A DNA stretch of 64,000 bases from Sumerlaeia bacterium. GTDB lineage: Bacteria > Sumerlaeota > Sumerlaeia > SLMS01 > JAHLLQ01. Where the stretch lies: contig JAVJSW010000060.1 in NCBI GenBank assembly GCA_040219255.1, forward strand, positions 160,001 through 224,000. The letters are read 5' to 3'. A program made the translations under genes and the position numbers. Below, piece by piece: positions 46,976-56,596 of this stretch (position 1 is its first letter; each line of letters starts with the position of its first letter). The notes below the pieces were generated by a model, which saw nothing but the letters and a program-made list of their open reading frames with translations, did not search any database and had not been told where the DNA came from.

Positions 46976-48802
46976 TTGGACCATCGTTTCCAGGTCGATC
47001 TCGGCGGCGTCATCGACCTGCTCTCCAATCATCTCTACAGCGGGCCGGAAGTCTTCGTCCGTGAACTGCTCCAAAACGGGCTCGACGCGATTCGGGCGCG
47101 GCGGGGGCAGGCGCCGGGGTTCGAAGGCCACATCCGCGTCGAGTGCCTCAGTGGCACCGAGGGCACGTCGCTCGTTTTCGAGGACGATGGCATCGGTCTG
47201 ACGGAGCAGGAAATCCATGGGTTCCTGGCGACCATCGGTCAATCGTCCAAGCGCGCCGATTTGCTGACGCAGCGCAGCGATTTCCTGGGCCAGTTCGGCA
47301 TCGGGCTGCTGTCGTGTTTTCTCGTGTGCGACGAAATCACTGTCCTGACGCGCTCGGCCAAGGACCCGGCCGCTCCCACCCTGCAATGGCGCGGCCGCAG
47401 CGACGGCACCTACGACGTCGAGAAGAAGAGTTTCGAGATGGAGCCTGGGACGCAGGTGTTCCTGCGGGCGCGGCCTGATTCCCTTGAGCTGTTCGAGCCG
47501 CGCGCCGTGCGCGAATTGCTGCTGCATTTCGGCGGCCTTCTGCCGGTGCCGATCACGCTCGAGTGGCATGGGGCGCGGGAGCACCTGAACGCCACGAAGG
47601 CCCCCTGGAAGCGCCTCTTTCGCAGCCGCGAGGAGCAGCGCCGCGCCTTCCTGGAATTTGGCCAGGAACTCTTCGGCCAGCCCTTCCTGGACGCCATTCC
47701 GCTGGAAACGCAGGCCGGCGAAATCGAAGGCGTGGCCTTCGTCCTGCCCCATCCCGCCAAGCCTAGCGTCCGCGCCGGAGCCCGGGTTTATCTCAAGGAC
47801 ATGCTTCTCGGCGAAGCCATCGACAACGTCCTGCCAGACTGGGCGTTTTTCGTCCGCGCCGTGGTGAACAGCCACACCCTGCGCCCCACTGCCTCGCGCG
47901 AGTCGCTGGTCGAGGACCGCGAGTTGGAGCTGACCCGTGAGGAGTTGGGCGATTCGCTCAAGACCTACATCGCCGAACTGCGCGAGAACGACCCGGCGAT
48001 GCTCGAACGCCTGCTGGCGATTCACAGCTTGTCGATCAAGGCGCTGGCGATCCACGACGACGAGTTCTGCCGCATTTTCGCCGACCTGCTGACCTTCGAG
48101 ACTTCCCTGGGCGAGATGCGTCTGGGCGAGTACCGCCGGCAGATTCCCGGCCCCATTCGCTACGTGCCCACCCGCGATCAATTCCGCCAGATCGCCCGCG
48201 TGGCCAGCGCCCAGTCCCAAGCCATCATCAACGGCGGCTATGTGTACGATGCGGAACTGCTGGAGAAGCTTGTCCACGTCCTCGAAGGCGTCCGCGTCGA
48301 ACGCGTCGAGCCCTCCGAGCTGACGCAGGACTTCGAGGATCTGAGCGAAGCGGAAGAGCGCGAGGTGCGGGCGTTCCTGATCGCGGCGGACGCGGCGTTG
48401 CGGCCCTTCGAGGCGCGCGCCGATGTGCGCAATTTCGACCCGGTGGATTTACCGGCGCTGCTGACCATCGATGAAGCGGCCCGCTTCCGGCGTTCGCTCG
48501 AGCAGTCGCAGAGCAAGGCCGACCCGATGTGGAATTCGATCCTGGGCAGCATCGGCACGGGGCGCGGCACCGACGCCCGCTCGCAACTGACGCTGAACCA
48601 TCGCAATCCGCTGGTGCGGAAACTGGCGCGGCTAGCCGACGGGCCGGCGCTGCGCATCGCCGTCGAGATGCTCTATGTGCAGGCGCTTCTGCTGGGCCAT
48701 CATCCCCTCTCGGCCCGCGAGATGGTGGCGCTCAACCATGGCCTCATCGACCTCCTCGACATGGCCGTGACGCCCGAAGACGAAGGCGTGCCGGAGCCAT
48801 GA
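46976..48802 (+). CDS. Atypical HSP90-family (GHKL) ATPase
   Basis: FQVDL..VIDLLSNHLYS, RELLQNGLDA, DDGIG, GQFGIG, GT.V.L, HtpG-like middle domain (TASRE) and LNHRNPLV. Confidence 0.88.
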   Translation: MDHRFQVDLGGVIDLLSNHLYSGPEVFVRELLQNGLDAIRARRGQAPGFEGHIRVECLSGTEGTSLVFEDDGIGLTEQEIHGFLATIGQSSKRADLLTQRSDFLGQFGIGLLSCFLVCDEITVLTRSAKDPAAPTLQWRGRSDGTYDVEKKSFEMEPGTQVFLRARPDSLELFEPRAVRELLLHFGGLLPVPITLEWHGAREHLNATKAPWKRLFRSREEQRRAFLEFGQELFGQPFLDAIPLETQAGEIEGVAFVLPHPAKPSVRAGARVYLKDMLLGEAIDNVLPDWAFFVRAVVNSHTLRPTASRESLVEDRELELTREELGDSLKTYIAELRENDPAMLERLLAIHSLSIKALAIHDDEFCRIFADLLTFETSLGEMRLGEYRRQIPGPIRYVPTRDQFRQIARVASAQSQAIINGGYVYDAELLEKLVHVLEGVRVERVEPSELTQDFEDLSEAEEREVRAFLIAADAALRPFEARADVRNFDPVDLPALLTIDEAARFRRSLEQSQSKADPMWNSILGSIGTGRGTDARSQLTLNHRNPLVRKLARLADGPALRIAVEMLYVQALLLGHHPLSAREMVALNHGLIDLLDMAVTPEDEGVPEP

Positions 48803-49941
48803 GCGACCATCGCGACCGCATTCAGGATTTGCTCGATCAGGCGGCGGACCTGGAACCGGGCCCCGCCAAGGTGGCGCTGCTCGAGGAAGCGGTCGCCCTC
48901 GCCGACGCCAGCCACGACGACGAAATGGGCTTCCGGTCGCGCGACGCGCTGGTGGACGCGACGAGCTGGGGCGGGCTCTTTCCGGAGAAAATGCTGACCG
49001 CCTTTTCCTGGATGCTGGCGCTCTTCGATGAGAAGCCGGACGCCAGGTACATTCAGCCCTGGAACCTGCTCTGGATTTACAAATGGATCGGCGGCCGAAT
49101 CACCGACTTCCCCGAAGTCTCGCGCGAGCAGGTCGAGGGGCTCTTCGCCGACATGGACCGCCGCTACCGCGAGCACGGGTTCAACCTGCGGCCCGTGTGG
49201 AAACTGCGATGCCAGGCGGCCCTGGACATGGAATCGGTCGAGGACGCCCGGCGCCTCCGCCAGCAGTGGGTCTCCGCGCCCCAGGACTACATGAACGATT
49301 GCCGCGCCTGTGAACTCAACAGCCACGTCAGCTATTTCCTCGACACCGGGGAATGGGACGAAGCGCTTCGTGTGGCGGAGCCCCTCCTCAACCGCAAGGA
49401 AAGCTGCCGGTCCGTGCCCCATTCGACCTATGGGAATGTGCTCATTCCGCTGTTGAGGCAGGGCGACGCCCAGCGAGCCATGGACTGCCACCGCCGCGGC
49501 TATCCGATGATCCAGCGCAACAGCAGCTTCGTCGCCACGGCGTCGAAGCACATGACCTTCTGCGCCCTGACCGACAACCGGGCGCGAGCGTTGCGCCTGT
49601 TCGAACGCCATCTGCCCCTGGCTCTCACTTCCACAAACCAGGACGTGAAGTTTACATTCTACCGCAACGCGGCCTACACTTTCGACCGCCTGGCGCGCGT
49701 GCGGAAGAAAAGCGCGGTGAAGTTGCGCGTCGCCGAGGACGCCCTCCCCGTGCCCCGCAACGATCAGGGCGAGGCCGAGCTGGAAGCGGTGCGCGATTTT
49801 TTCCTCGCCGAAGCCCGCCGGATCGCCAAGCGTTTCGACGCCCGCAACGGCAATACGGGCTACAGCGCCAAGCTGGATCACCTGCGCGAATGGGACGAAT
49901 ACGCGGTTGAGATTCCTTACGCCACCAAAGCGGACGATTGA
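48799..49941 (+). CDS. All-helical TPR-like protein coupled to the HSP90-family gene
   Basis: ATGA overlap with the HSP90 stop. LLWIYKW, DCRACE, FDARNGN motifs. Confidence 0.7.
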   Translation: MSDHRDRIQDLLDQAADLEPGPAKVALLEEAVALADASHDDEMGFRSRDALVDATSWGGLFPEKMLTAFSWMLALFDEKPDARYIQPWNLLWIYKWIGGRITDFPEVSREQVEGLFADMDRRYREHGFNLRPVWKLRCQAALDMESVEDARRLRQQWVSAPQDYMNDCRACELNSHVSYFLDTGEWDEALRVAEPLLNRKESCRSVPHSTYGNVLIPLLRQGDAQRAMDCHRRGYPMIQRNSSFVATASKHMTFCALTDNRARALRLFERHLPLALTSTNQDVKFTFYRNAAYTFDRLARVRKKSAVKLRVAEDALPVPRNDQGEAELEAVRDFFLAEARRIAKRFDARNGNTGYSAKLDHLREWDEYAVEIPYATKADD

Positions 49942-52882
49942 ACGGGCGGGGCTAGCGTTCGCTCTGGCCCTAGCCCTCGCGTACTCCTCCTTCGCGACGT
50001 CCGATCGCTGGTTCGATTATGAAACGCTCTGGACCGATGTGCCGGCGGAGCGCCTGGCGGAAATCGGCGACTCCGGCGCGGACGCATGGATGCCCGCTTC
50101 CCTGGGCCGCGTCACCCGCCAGCGCTGGCCATGGTTCGAGTTTCATTTCTCCAAGACCGGCTGGTACGACGCGCCGCTGCCCGATGGCTCGACGATGCGC
50201 TTCGTGAGCATGCGCCGCACCGACGTCATGGCTCCGGAACTGCGTCAGGCCATGCTGGACGGGGGCTTCGACATCGCCACCTATTCGGGTGTCAGCGAGG
50301 ACGGCCGGCACACCATCGCCCTCGACCTGGGCGGGCCGCTGGGATTTCACGCAGCCATCCGCGGGCCAGAAACGGGGACCGTCTTCATTGACCCGGTGAC
50401 CCGCGACAAGACCGCCTTCACGTTCGTCAGCTACGCCAAAGCCAACGCCCCCAACGCCGGTCGGCTCCTGCCCTGCCTCGTCCAGGACGAACTCCCGCTC
50501 AAGCCCAGCGCCGAGAAGGGTTTTCCTTCCACCGGCAGCATTCTGCGCACGTATCGCCTCGCCGTCTCCGCCACCGGCGAGTACACCGCCTACCACGGCG
50601 GCGCTTCCCAGGCGATGGCATCCATCGTGACCGCCGTGAACCGTGTGAACCAGATTTTCGAGCGCGATCTGTCCGTTCGGTTCATTCTGGTTTCGGACAA
50701 TATGGACCTGATTTTCACCGATGCGGCGACGGACCCCTTCACGAATGGCGATCCGGACGCGATGCTGCTGGAGAACCAAACGGCGGTCGATGCCGCGATC
50801 GGACCGAACGGGTACGACGTGGGCCATGTCTTTGGCACGAACAGCGGCGGCGTCGCCTGGCTCGGCAGCGTCTGCGAACCCTCCTTCAAAGCCCGGGGCG
50901 TATCGGCGGCCTTCGAGCCCAACGGCGACCCTTTCTGGGTGGATTACGTGGCGCACGAAATCGGCCATCAGTTCGGCGCCAACCACACCTTCAACTCGCC
51001 GCTCGGATCCTGCATGGCGAACCGCAATGGGTCGGCGGCCTACGAACCCGGAAGCGGTTCCACGATCATGAGCTACTCTGGCCTCTGCAGCTCCGATAAC
51101 CTCCAATTTAACAGCGACTCGTACTTCCACACGCATAGCCTTCAGGAAATGCTGGCGTTCCTGACCAATCCGCAGGGCGCCGGCGAGTGCTTCGGCACGG
51201 TCCTTTCCGGCAACGGCAGCGCCCCCGTGGTGGATGCCGGACCGGACGTGACCATTCCGGCGAACACGCCTTTCTGGCTGACGGCGCCGCCAGCCATCGA
51301 CGGCGAGGACACGGCCTTGACCTATTGCTGGGAGCAATACGACCGCAGCGTGGCCGCGACGCTGAACGACGTGCGCACGGATCGCGGGCCTCTCTTCCGG
51401 TCCTTTCCGCCGGAGATCTCGCCGGATCGCTTCATTCCCCGCATGGACGACTTGCTGGAGGGTATGACCTCGCCCGGCGAGCGCTTGCCAGTCACGACGC
51501 GTACGCTGACGTTTCACCTGACGGTGCGCGACAATCACCCGGGGGGCGGCCGCGTGGGCGTGGACGAGCGCATCCTCTCCGTCGTCGAAAGCCCCGGCTT
51601 CCGCCTCCTCGCCCCCAACGGCGGCGAGGCCCTCGCCGGGGCCGCCGAGGTGCTCTGGGACCCGGCGGGAACGGACCGTTCGCCCGTTACGGCGGCTACC
51701 GTGGACCTGCTGCTTTCCACCAACGGCGGCGTCAGCTACGAGACGCTGGTGTCCTCCGGCCTGCCGAATACAGGCCGGGCGGTGGTGCGTCTGCCGGATG
51801 TGGAGGCCGCGCAAGCGCGCCTGATGATCCGCGGCGGCGGAAACATCTTCTTCGATATCAGCGACGGCGCCTTCTCCGTGGCGCCCGCCACGAATGGCGC
51901 CGCGTTTTTCCGGACGCGTAAGGACGCTCTCGACGATTCGGCCTACAACGGCAACGGCCACGCCGAACCGGGCGAGGTCGTGGCGCTCAGGCTTGGCATC
52001 GAAAACCAGGGCAATTTGGCGGCGGTGGCGGTCACGGGGCGGCTGGAGACGCTGACGGCGGGAACCGAAATCCTATCGGCCGAAGCCACTTTCCCGCCGC
52101 TGGAAATCGGCGCGGCGGGCACGAACGACGAGCCCTTCCTGCTGCGCATCGCCTCGGATTTCGTCTGCGGCGATACGGTCGAGATGCAACTCGTGGTCGA
52201 GTCCGACGCAGGAACCAGCACCCTGCCACTGTCTCTCTCAACCGGCGTTTCCACAAACACCGCGCTTCTGGAGGAAGGCTTCGAACCGCCTTCCGCCGTC
52301 GATGGCTTCACCACCATGGTGATGGCGGGGGAGGACCGTTGGGCCGTGCGAACGGCCTCCGCGAGCCCCGCCGCACCCCACAGCGGCACGGCGCTACTGC
52401 GCTACGAACCGCGCCTTGCGGAAATCGCCGACGTGCGCCTTGTCACGCCGGCGGTGACGGGCGCCGAACGCATCCGTTTCTATCACACCTACGACATCGA
52501 GGCGGGCTGGGACGGCGCGGTGCTCGAATTGTCCGTCGATGGCGGATCCACCTGGTTCGACGCCGAGCCCTACTTTGTGTCCGGAGGATACAATTTCCGT
52601 CTGAACGCCCCGCCGAGTCCCACACTCCCCGGCGGCAGTTCGAACCCGCTGGCGGGCCGGCGCGCCTGGACCGCCGGAGACATTGGGCCGATGGAAGAGG
52701 TTCTTCTCGATGTGTCCGAATGGGCAAGCGAGTCGCTTCAGGTCGGATTCCGGTGGGGCTCCGACGACTCCGGCGTCTCGCTCGGCGGCTGGTTTATCGA
52801 CGACCTGCGCATCGAGCGAACGGCTTCGCGCTGCGAGGCGCCCCTGCGCCCGGCCGGGGTGACGGGGGTTCAGCTTCACTGA
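49907..52882 (+). CDS. Secreted reprolysin-like (M12B) zinc metallopeptidase with C-terminal beta-sandwich domains
   Basis: LRTYRLAV..TGEY, HEIGHQFGANH (HExxHxxGxxH), Met-turn STIMSY, C-terminal EAGWDG…GWFIDD jelly-roll. Confidence 0.88.
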   Translation: MRFLTPPKRTIERAGLAFALALALAYSSFATSDRWFDYETLWTDVPAERLAEIGDSGADAWMPASLGRVTRQRWPWFEFHFSKTGWYDAPLPDGSTMRFVSMRRTDVMAPELRQAMLDGGFDIATYSGVSEDGRHTIALDLGGPLGFHAAIRGPETGTVFIDPVTRDKTAFTFVSYAKANAPNAGRLLPCLVQDELPLKPSAEKGFPSTGSILRTYRLAVSATGEYTAYHGGASQAMASIVTAVNRVNQIFERDLSVRFILVSDNMDLIFTDAATDPFTNGDPDAMLLENQTAVDAAIGPNGYDVGHVFGTNSGGVAWLGSVCEPSFKARGVSAAFEPNGDPFWVDYVAHEIGHQFGANHTFNSPLGSCMANRNGSAAYEPGSGSTIMSYSGLCSSDNLQFNSDSYFHTHSLQEMLAFLTNPQGAGECFGTVLSGNGSAPVVDAGPDVTIPANTPFWLTAPPAIDGEDTALTYCWEQYDRSVAATLNDVRTDRGPLFRSFPPEISPDRFIPRMDDLLEGMTSPGERLPVTTRTLTFHLTVRDNHPGGGRVGVDERILSVVESPGFRLLAPNGGEALAGAAEVLWDPAGTDRSPVTAATVDLLLSTNGGVSYETLVSSGLPNTGRAVVRLPDVEAAQARLMIRGGGNIFFDISDGAFSVAPATNGAAFFRTRKDALDDSAYNGNGHAEPGEVVALRLGIENQGNLAAVAVTGRLETLTAGTEILSAEATFPPLEIGAAGTNDEPFLLRIASDFVCGDTVEMQLVVESDAGTSTLPLSLSTGVSTNTALLEEGFEPPSAVDGFTTMVMAGEDRWAVRTASASPAAPHSGTALLRYEPRLAEIADVRLVTPAVTGAERIRFYHTYDIEAGWDGAVLELSVDGGSTWFDAEPYFVSGGYNFRLNAPPSPTLPGGSSNPLAGRRAWTAGDIGPMEEVLLDVSEWASESLQVGFRWGSDDSGVSLGGWFIDDLRIERTASRCEAPLRPAGVTGVQLH

Positions 52883-53020
52883 TCGGCTTCACGAGCGGAC
52901 CGTTAATCCACGAGCACTTTTTTCTGAAAGTTCTACTCGCATCGCGGGCACCCTATCCATAGACTGCCGTCCGTCTTAGCGCTTGACCGTCTTATTGCTT
53001 CACCGAAACCGTCCCTGATT

Positions 53021-53461
53021 ATGCCTGCTCGAATTCTCATCGCCGACGATGACCCCGATATCCGACTGCTGCTGCGGGCGGAACTCGAACCGCTCTATCG
53101 CGTCATCGAGGCCCGCGACGGCCGCGAAGCCTGGAAGCTGATCCAGGAAAAGCGCCCCGTCCTCATCGTCACTGACCTCGGCATGCCGGGCATCGACGGT
53201 CTCGAGCTGACCAAACTGGTCAAGACCAGCGAAGACGAAGAACTGGCCGGCACCCCGGTCGTGATCCTGACCGGCGCCACGGTCAGCGACGCCCTGCCCT
53301 CGGGCTTCTGGCTCAAGGGGACAAACGCCGACATGTTTTTCGAGAAACCCTTCGACCCGGCCACGTTGCGGGCGGGGCTGGACCGGCTCATCAAGCGCCG
53401 CATGAATTGGAAAGAACTGCCCCCGGGCCAGGGGTTCTACGAGGGCGAGCAGCCAGTTTAG
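53021..53461 (+). CDS. Single-domain response regulator
   Basis: ILIADDD, VTDLGMPGIDG, ILTG, EKPF. Confidence 0.88.
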   Translation: MPARILIADDDPDIRLLLRAELEPLYRVIEARDGREAWKLIQEKRPVLIVTDLGMPGIDGLELTKLVKTSEDEELAGTPVVILTGATVSDALPSGFWLKGTNADMFFEKPFDPATLRAGLDRLIKRRMNWKELPPGQGFYEGEQPV

Positions 53462-53572
53462 AGTTTTTCCGCGGGTCCCGCCTTGAATATATCGAGTCCT
53501 GGGGCGTAGGTTGAGATACAGCATCGCGCCATCTTCGGTCTGGCGCCATCTTCCGGCCAGGAGAGCATCCCC

Positions 53573-53941
53573 ATGTATTACGCCGCCGCGGCCGCCGCCG
53601 CCCATACCCGCGTCCAGGCGATGGTGGGTTCCACCGTCGACACCCAGGCGCGCTCCAGCGCCCAGGAGATGGAGCTCAAGCTCGAGCGACAGAACCTCGT
53701 CATCCAGACGTTGCTGATGCTGTTGCTCGAAAAGGGTGTCATTCACGATCAGGAATTCCGCGAGTGGCTGGCTTACGTGGATGGGCTGGACGGCAAGGTG
53801 GACGGCCGCGTGCGCGAGGACAAATCGCCCGTGGCCTGTCCGAAGTGCGGCCGCAACAGCCCGCGCCAGTCGCCCTCCTGTCAGTACTGCGGCGAAGCGC
53901 TGCCGGCGGATTATCTGGCGCGGCGCCCCCAGAATCCGTAG
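53573..53941 (+). CDS. Hypothetical protein with coiled coil and C-terminal zinc ribbon
   Basis: AGGAG RBS, DGLDGKVDGR, CPKC…CQYC. Confidence 0.7.
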   Translation: MYYAAAAAAAHTRVQAMVGSTVDTQARSSAQEMELKLERQNLVIQTLLMLLLEKGVIHDQEFREWLAYVDGLDGKVDGRVREDKSPVACPKCGRNSPRQSPSCQYCGEALPADYLARRPQNP

Positions 53942-54151
53942 CCTTCCCAGCCGCGGCCAGGCGCGGGGCGGGAATTCATTTCCGGCTTGCCAACTCGCGG
54001 TTTCTTCGGTTGCAATCCCCCGGGTCCACGCGCCCCGGATTTCCGGGAACGCGCCGGGCTCCTTCGATCCTCACGGCGTCAGGCCGCGCAGGCGCCTTTT
54101 ACCGGGGGCCTGGCACGCTCTGTCACGCAACTCCACGGCTGGTGCCGCCCA

Positions 54152-54481
54152 ATGCCCGTCACCCTTCCGGAAGCCGAGACCCAAGAACAGACCTCGACCG
54201 AGAAGAAGAACGCTCCTCTCTACAATGTCATCATCTTTGACGACGACGAGCACTCCTACGCCTACGTCGTCGAAATGATGATGAACCTCTTCGCCATGAC
54301 GCCCGAGGAGGGCTTCGACGTGGCCTACACCGTCGATCACATCGGCGAAGCCACCGTGATGACGGTTCCCCACGAGGAAGCCCTCGAAGCGTACCATAAG
54401 ATCATCGGCTATGGTCCGGACCACCGGATGCAGAATTCGAAGGGCTCGATGTCCTGCACGATCAAACCGGCGGACGAGTGA
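54152..54481 (+). CDS. clpS: ATP-dependent Clp protease adaptor ClpS-like
   Basis: PLYNVIIFDDDEHSYAYVVEM…F…AYTVD..GEA.V…EEA. Confidence 0.75.
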   Translation: MPVTLPEAETQEQTSTEKKNAPLYNVIIFDDDEHSYAYVVEMMMNLFAMTPEEGFDVAYTVDHIGEATVMTVPHEEALEAYHKIIGYGPDHRMQNSKGSMSCTIKPADE

Positions 54482-55227
54482 GCGCCCCCCGTCCCGTCTC
54501 CCCTCCCCAGCAAGCCTACATCCCCCGGGACGAACCCCGCCGGTCCGTCTCGGGAAAGAAAACCCTGATCGCGGTCGCCATCGCTGCCTGCCTTTTCGTA
54601 CCCCTGCTCGTGGCTGGGCCGACGTTCCAGCGCGACATCGACCTGACCACCCTGCGCCAACGCACGCAAAGCGGCTTCACCATCATGAACGCTCCGGTCG
54701 GCGAACCGGCGCGCGAGGTGGAGGACGCCTGGCCCGAGCCCTCTGGCGATTTCCATATTCCCCCGCCCTTTGACTCCCCCCACGCGTCCACTCCGATGGC
54801 TTATTGGCAGGCGCTCGGCCGCGTGGATGATCCGCCGGAGAGCGAGCGCTGGGTCACGCGGCGCTACACCTCGCCGGTACTGTTCGTCATTCCCCTGACA
54901 AACCCGAACGCGCTCCATCCCTTCGACCGCGCCCGCCTCGACACGCGGCTGATCGCGGCGGCGGTGCTGGACCCCGGCGACCCGGCGGACCGGGCGCTCT
55001 ACGAGGAGGTCGAGGCCGCCCTGGCCGACGTCACCCCCGCGCCCAAACCGGACACTGGCGCCCCGGAAAAACGCCGCGCCCGCAAACCCACCCTCGGCGA
55101 TCTCCGCGCCCAAGCCTTCGTCGAAGACTTCCTGACAATCCTGTCGCAAGACGCCCCCGAGGCCGAGCGGCTCTCCGCCGTGCGAGAGGCTTTGCGGTTG
55201 CTCCCGGACAATCCCGCCGTTCGATAG
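54478..55227 (+). CDS. Hypothetical membrane-anchored protein
   Basis: GTGA overlap with clpS, TM segment LIAVAIAACLFVPLLVA. Confidence 0.55.
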   Translation: MSAPRPVSPPQQAYIPRDEPRRSVSGKKTLIAVAIAACLFVPLLVAGPTFQRDIDLTTLRQRTQSGFTIMNAPVGEPAREVEDAWPEPSGDFHIPPPFDSPHASTPMAYWQALGRVDDPPESERWVTRRYTSPVLFVIPLTNPNALHPFDRARLDTRLIAAAVLDPGDPADRALYEEVEAALADVTPAPKPDTGAPEKRRARKPTLGDLRAQAFVEDFLTILSQDAPEAERLSAVREALRLLPDNPAVR

Positions 55228-55249
55228 GGATTGCCTGGAGGACGCAAGG

Positions 55250-55774
55250 ATGCTTCAGTCGATACACGAAATCGTCCAGACTTACGGGGACTGGGCGAGC
55301 CTTGGCGGTCTGTGGATCGGATTGATCGCCCTCTGGGCGACCTACCGGCAGGCCTATCAGGCGAGAAAGGCTTCGGAGGCAGCGAGCATGGCGGTGGCGG
55401 AGGCCCTGACGGGCGCCAGACTGCACTACAAATCGGAAAAGGTCAGGAGCTGCGTCGTCCATTACACGCTGGTCAAGGAAAGCCTGCGCAATGGTTCTCA
55501 CGTTCTCGCCCTGGAACGACTCGAACGGCTTCGGGAGCATCTGGGAGTATTGGTTGCCAGCCACTATCTGGATGGCAGGCAGATCAAGAGGGCGGAGGGG
55601 CTCTTGAGGGATATCACGCTCTCTATCAGTGCACTAAGCACACTAAGTCAACGAGGTGGGGAGAGGCGCTCGCCTTATGAATTCGACAACGACTTGCGAA
55701 ACATCGAGCCACTCGGCGCATTAATTACCGAAATCCAAGTAGAACTGGAGGGCACCGTCTATGAAAACAAATGA
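55250..55774 (+). CDS. Hypothetical protein with N-terminal TM and helical bundle
   Basis: GGAGG/AAGG upstream, WASLGGLWIGLIALWATY TM followed by ARKASEAA. GC is reduced. Confidence 0.7.
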   Translation: MLQSIHEIVQTYGDWASLGGLWIGLIALWATYRQAYQARKASEAASMAVAEALTGARLHYKSEKVRSCVVHYTLVKESLRNGSHVLALERLERLREHLGVLVASHYLDGRQIKRAEGLLRDITLSISALSTLSQRGGERRSPYEFDNDLRNIEPLGALITEIQVELEGTVYENK

Positions 55775-56186
55775 TGTGGACAAAGAATTTGAATCTCTCA
55801 TTTCAGACGTGATCGAGTTGACGAACGCGCAGCAGATAAACTGGGAGTATGCTCCCAACTCGTCTGCCTATCAGGCAGAGCTTGGGGACTCTTACCTCTA
55901 CGTGAAAATGAAGTCAGATGTCACAGTATGGGAAGAAAACCAATTCGGCGAAAACGAGCCTGATCTGATCGATATAATCGACGTGAACTTGGTTTCTCGT
56001 TTAGGTGATGAAATTCACAACTATCAGCATTGGTGGAGGAGTGTCAAAGACGACTCCATTTACAAAAAGCTCTACGACTGTGCGTCAGAAGCCGTGGCCG
56101 CCAAGAAAGTCGGAGCTTTTCGCAAAATCCGGGAATCTCTCACGAGCAGAAAAGGTGCCCTCAAGCATGCCCAAAACCCGCGCTGA
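55761..56186 (+). CDS. Hypothetical protein (low GC), apparent paralog of the next ORF
   Basis: GGAGG RBS, overlaps both neighbours, AT-rich codons. Confidence 0.7.
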   Translation: MKTNDVDKEFESLISDVIELTNAQQINWEYAPNSSAYQAELGDSYLYVKMKSDVTVWEENQFGENEPDLIDIIDVNLVSRLGDEIHNYQHWWRSVKDDSIYKKLYDCASEAVAAKKVGAFRKIRESLTSRKGALKHAQNPR

Positions 56187-56571
56187 AAAATTCTTTGTCG
56201 TCCTCAGTGTGCTCCACGAGCGCAGCGAGGAAATCGAGGTCCCCTGGGAAGCCTCCAACTCCTGCCGTACCGCCTTTCGCGTCGGCATGGGCCAGGGCAT
56301 GATCCGCCTCGAGCGCATCCCCGCCAACGGCCCCGAACGCTCGGCTAAATACGTCGCCTATCTGCAAGACGTGGAAGGCCGCGTGGCGCTCGAACTCGAG
56401 CAGGACGACGACGAGCTGCCCGGCTCCTCCGAGGTCCTGCGCGAACTCTACGAAGTCGCCCGCTACAGCGCCCTGCGCGGCGACGAACTGCTCCAAAGCG
56501 TCTCCAACGCCCTCAAGAAAAACGAATACCAACCCGTCACCCCGGGAACGGAGACGGCGATCGAGGAGTGA
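56167..56571 (+). CDS. Hypothetical protein, apparent paralog of the preceding ORF
   Basis: AAAGG upstream, host-like GC, shared WE…A(Y/F)…G…LY..A pattern. Confidence 0.7.
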   Translation: MPKTRAEKFFVVLSVLHERSEEIEVPWEASNSCRTAFRVGMGQGMIRLERIPANGPERSAKYVAYLQDVEGRVALELEQDDDELPGSSEVLRELYEVARYSALRGDELLQSVSNALKKNEYQPVTPGTETAIEE

Positions 56572-56596
56572 TTTTTCTCGATTTAGAAATCACCAC

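Noticed and set aside
54111-54126. TGGCACG sigma-54-like -24 box upstream of clpS
   Set aside because: There is no GC at the -12 position (GG-N10-CA).
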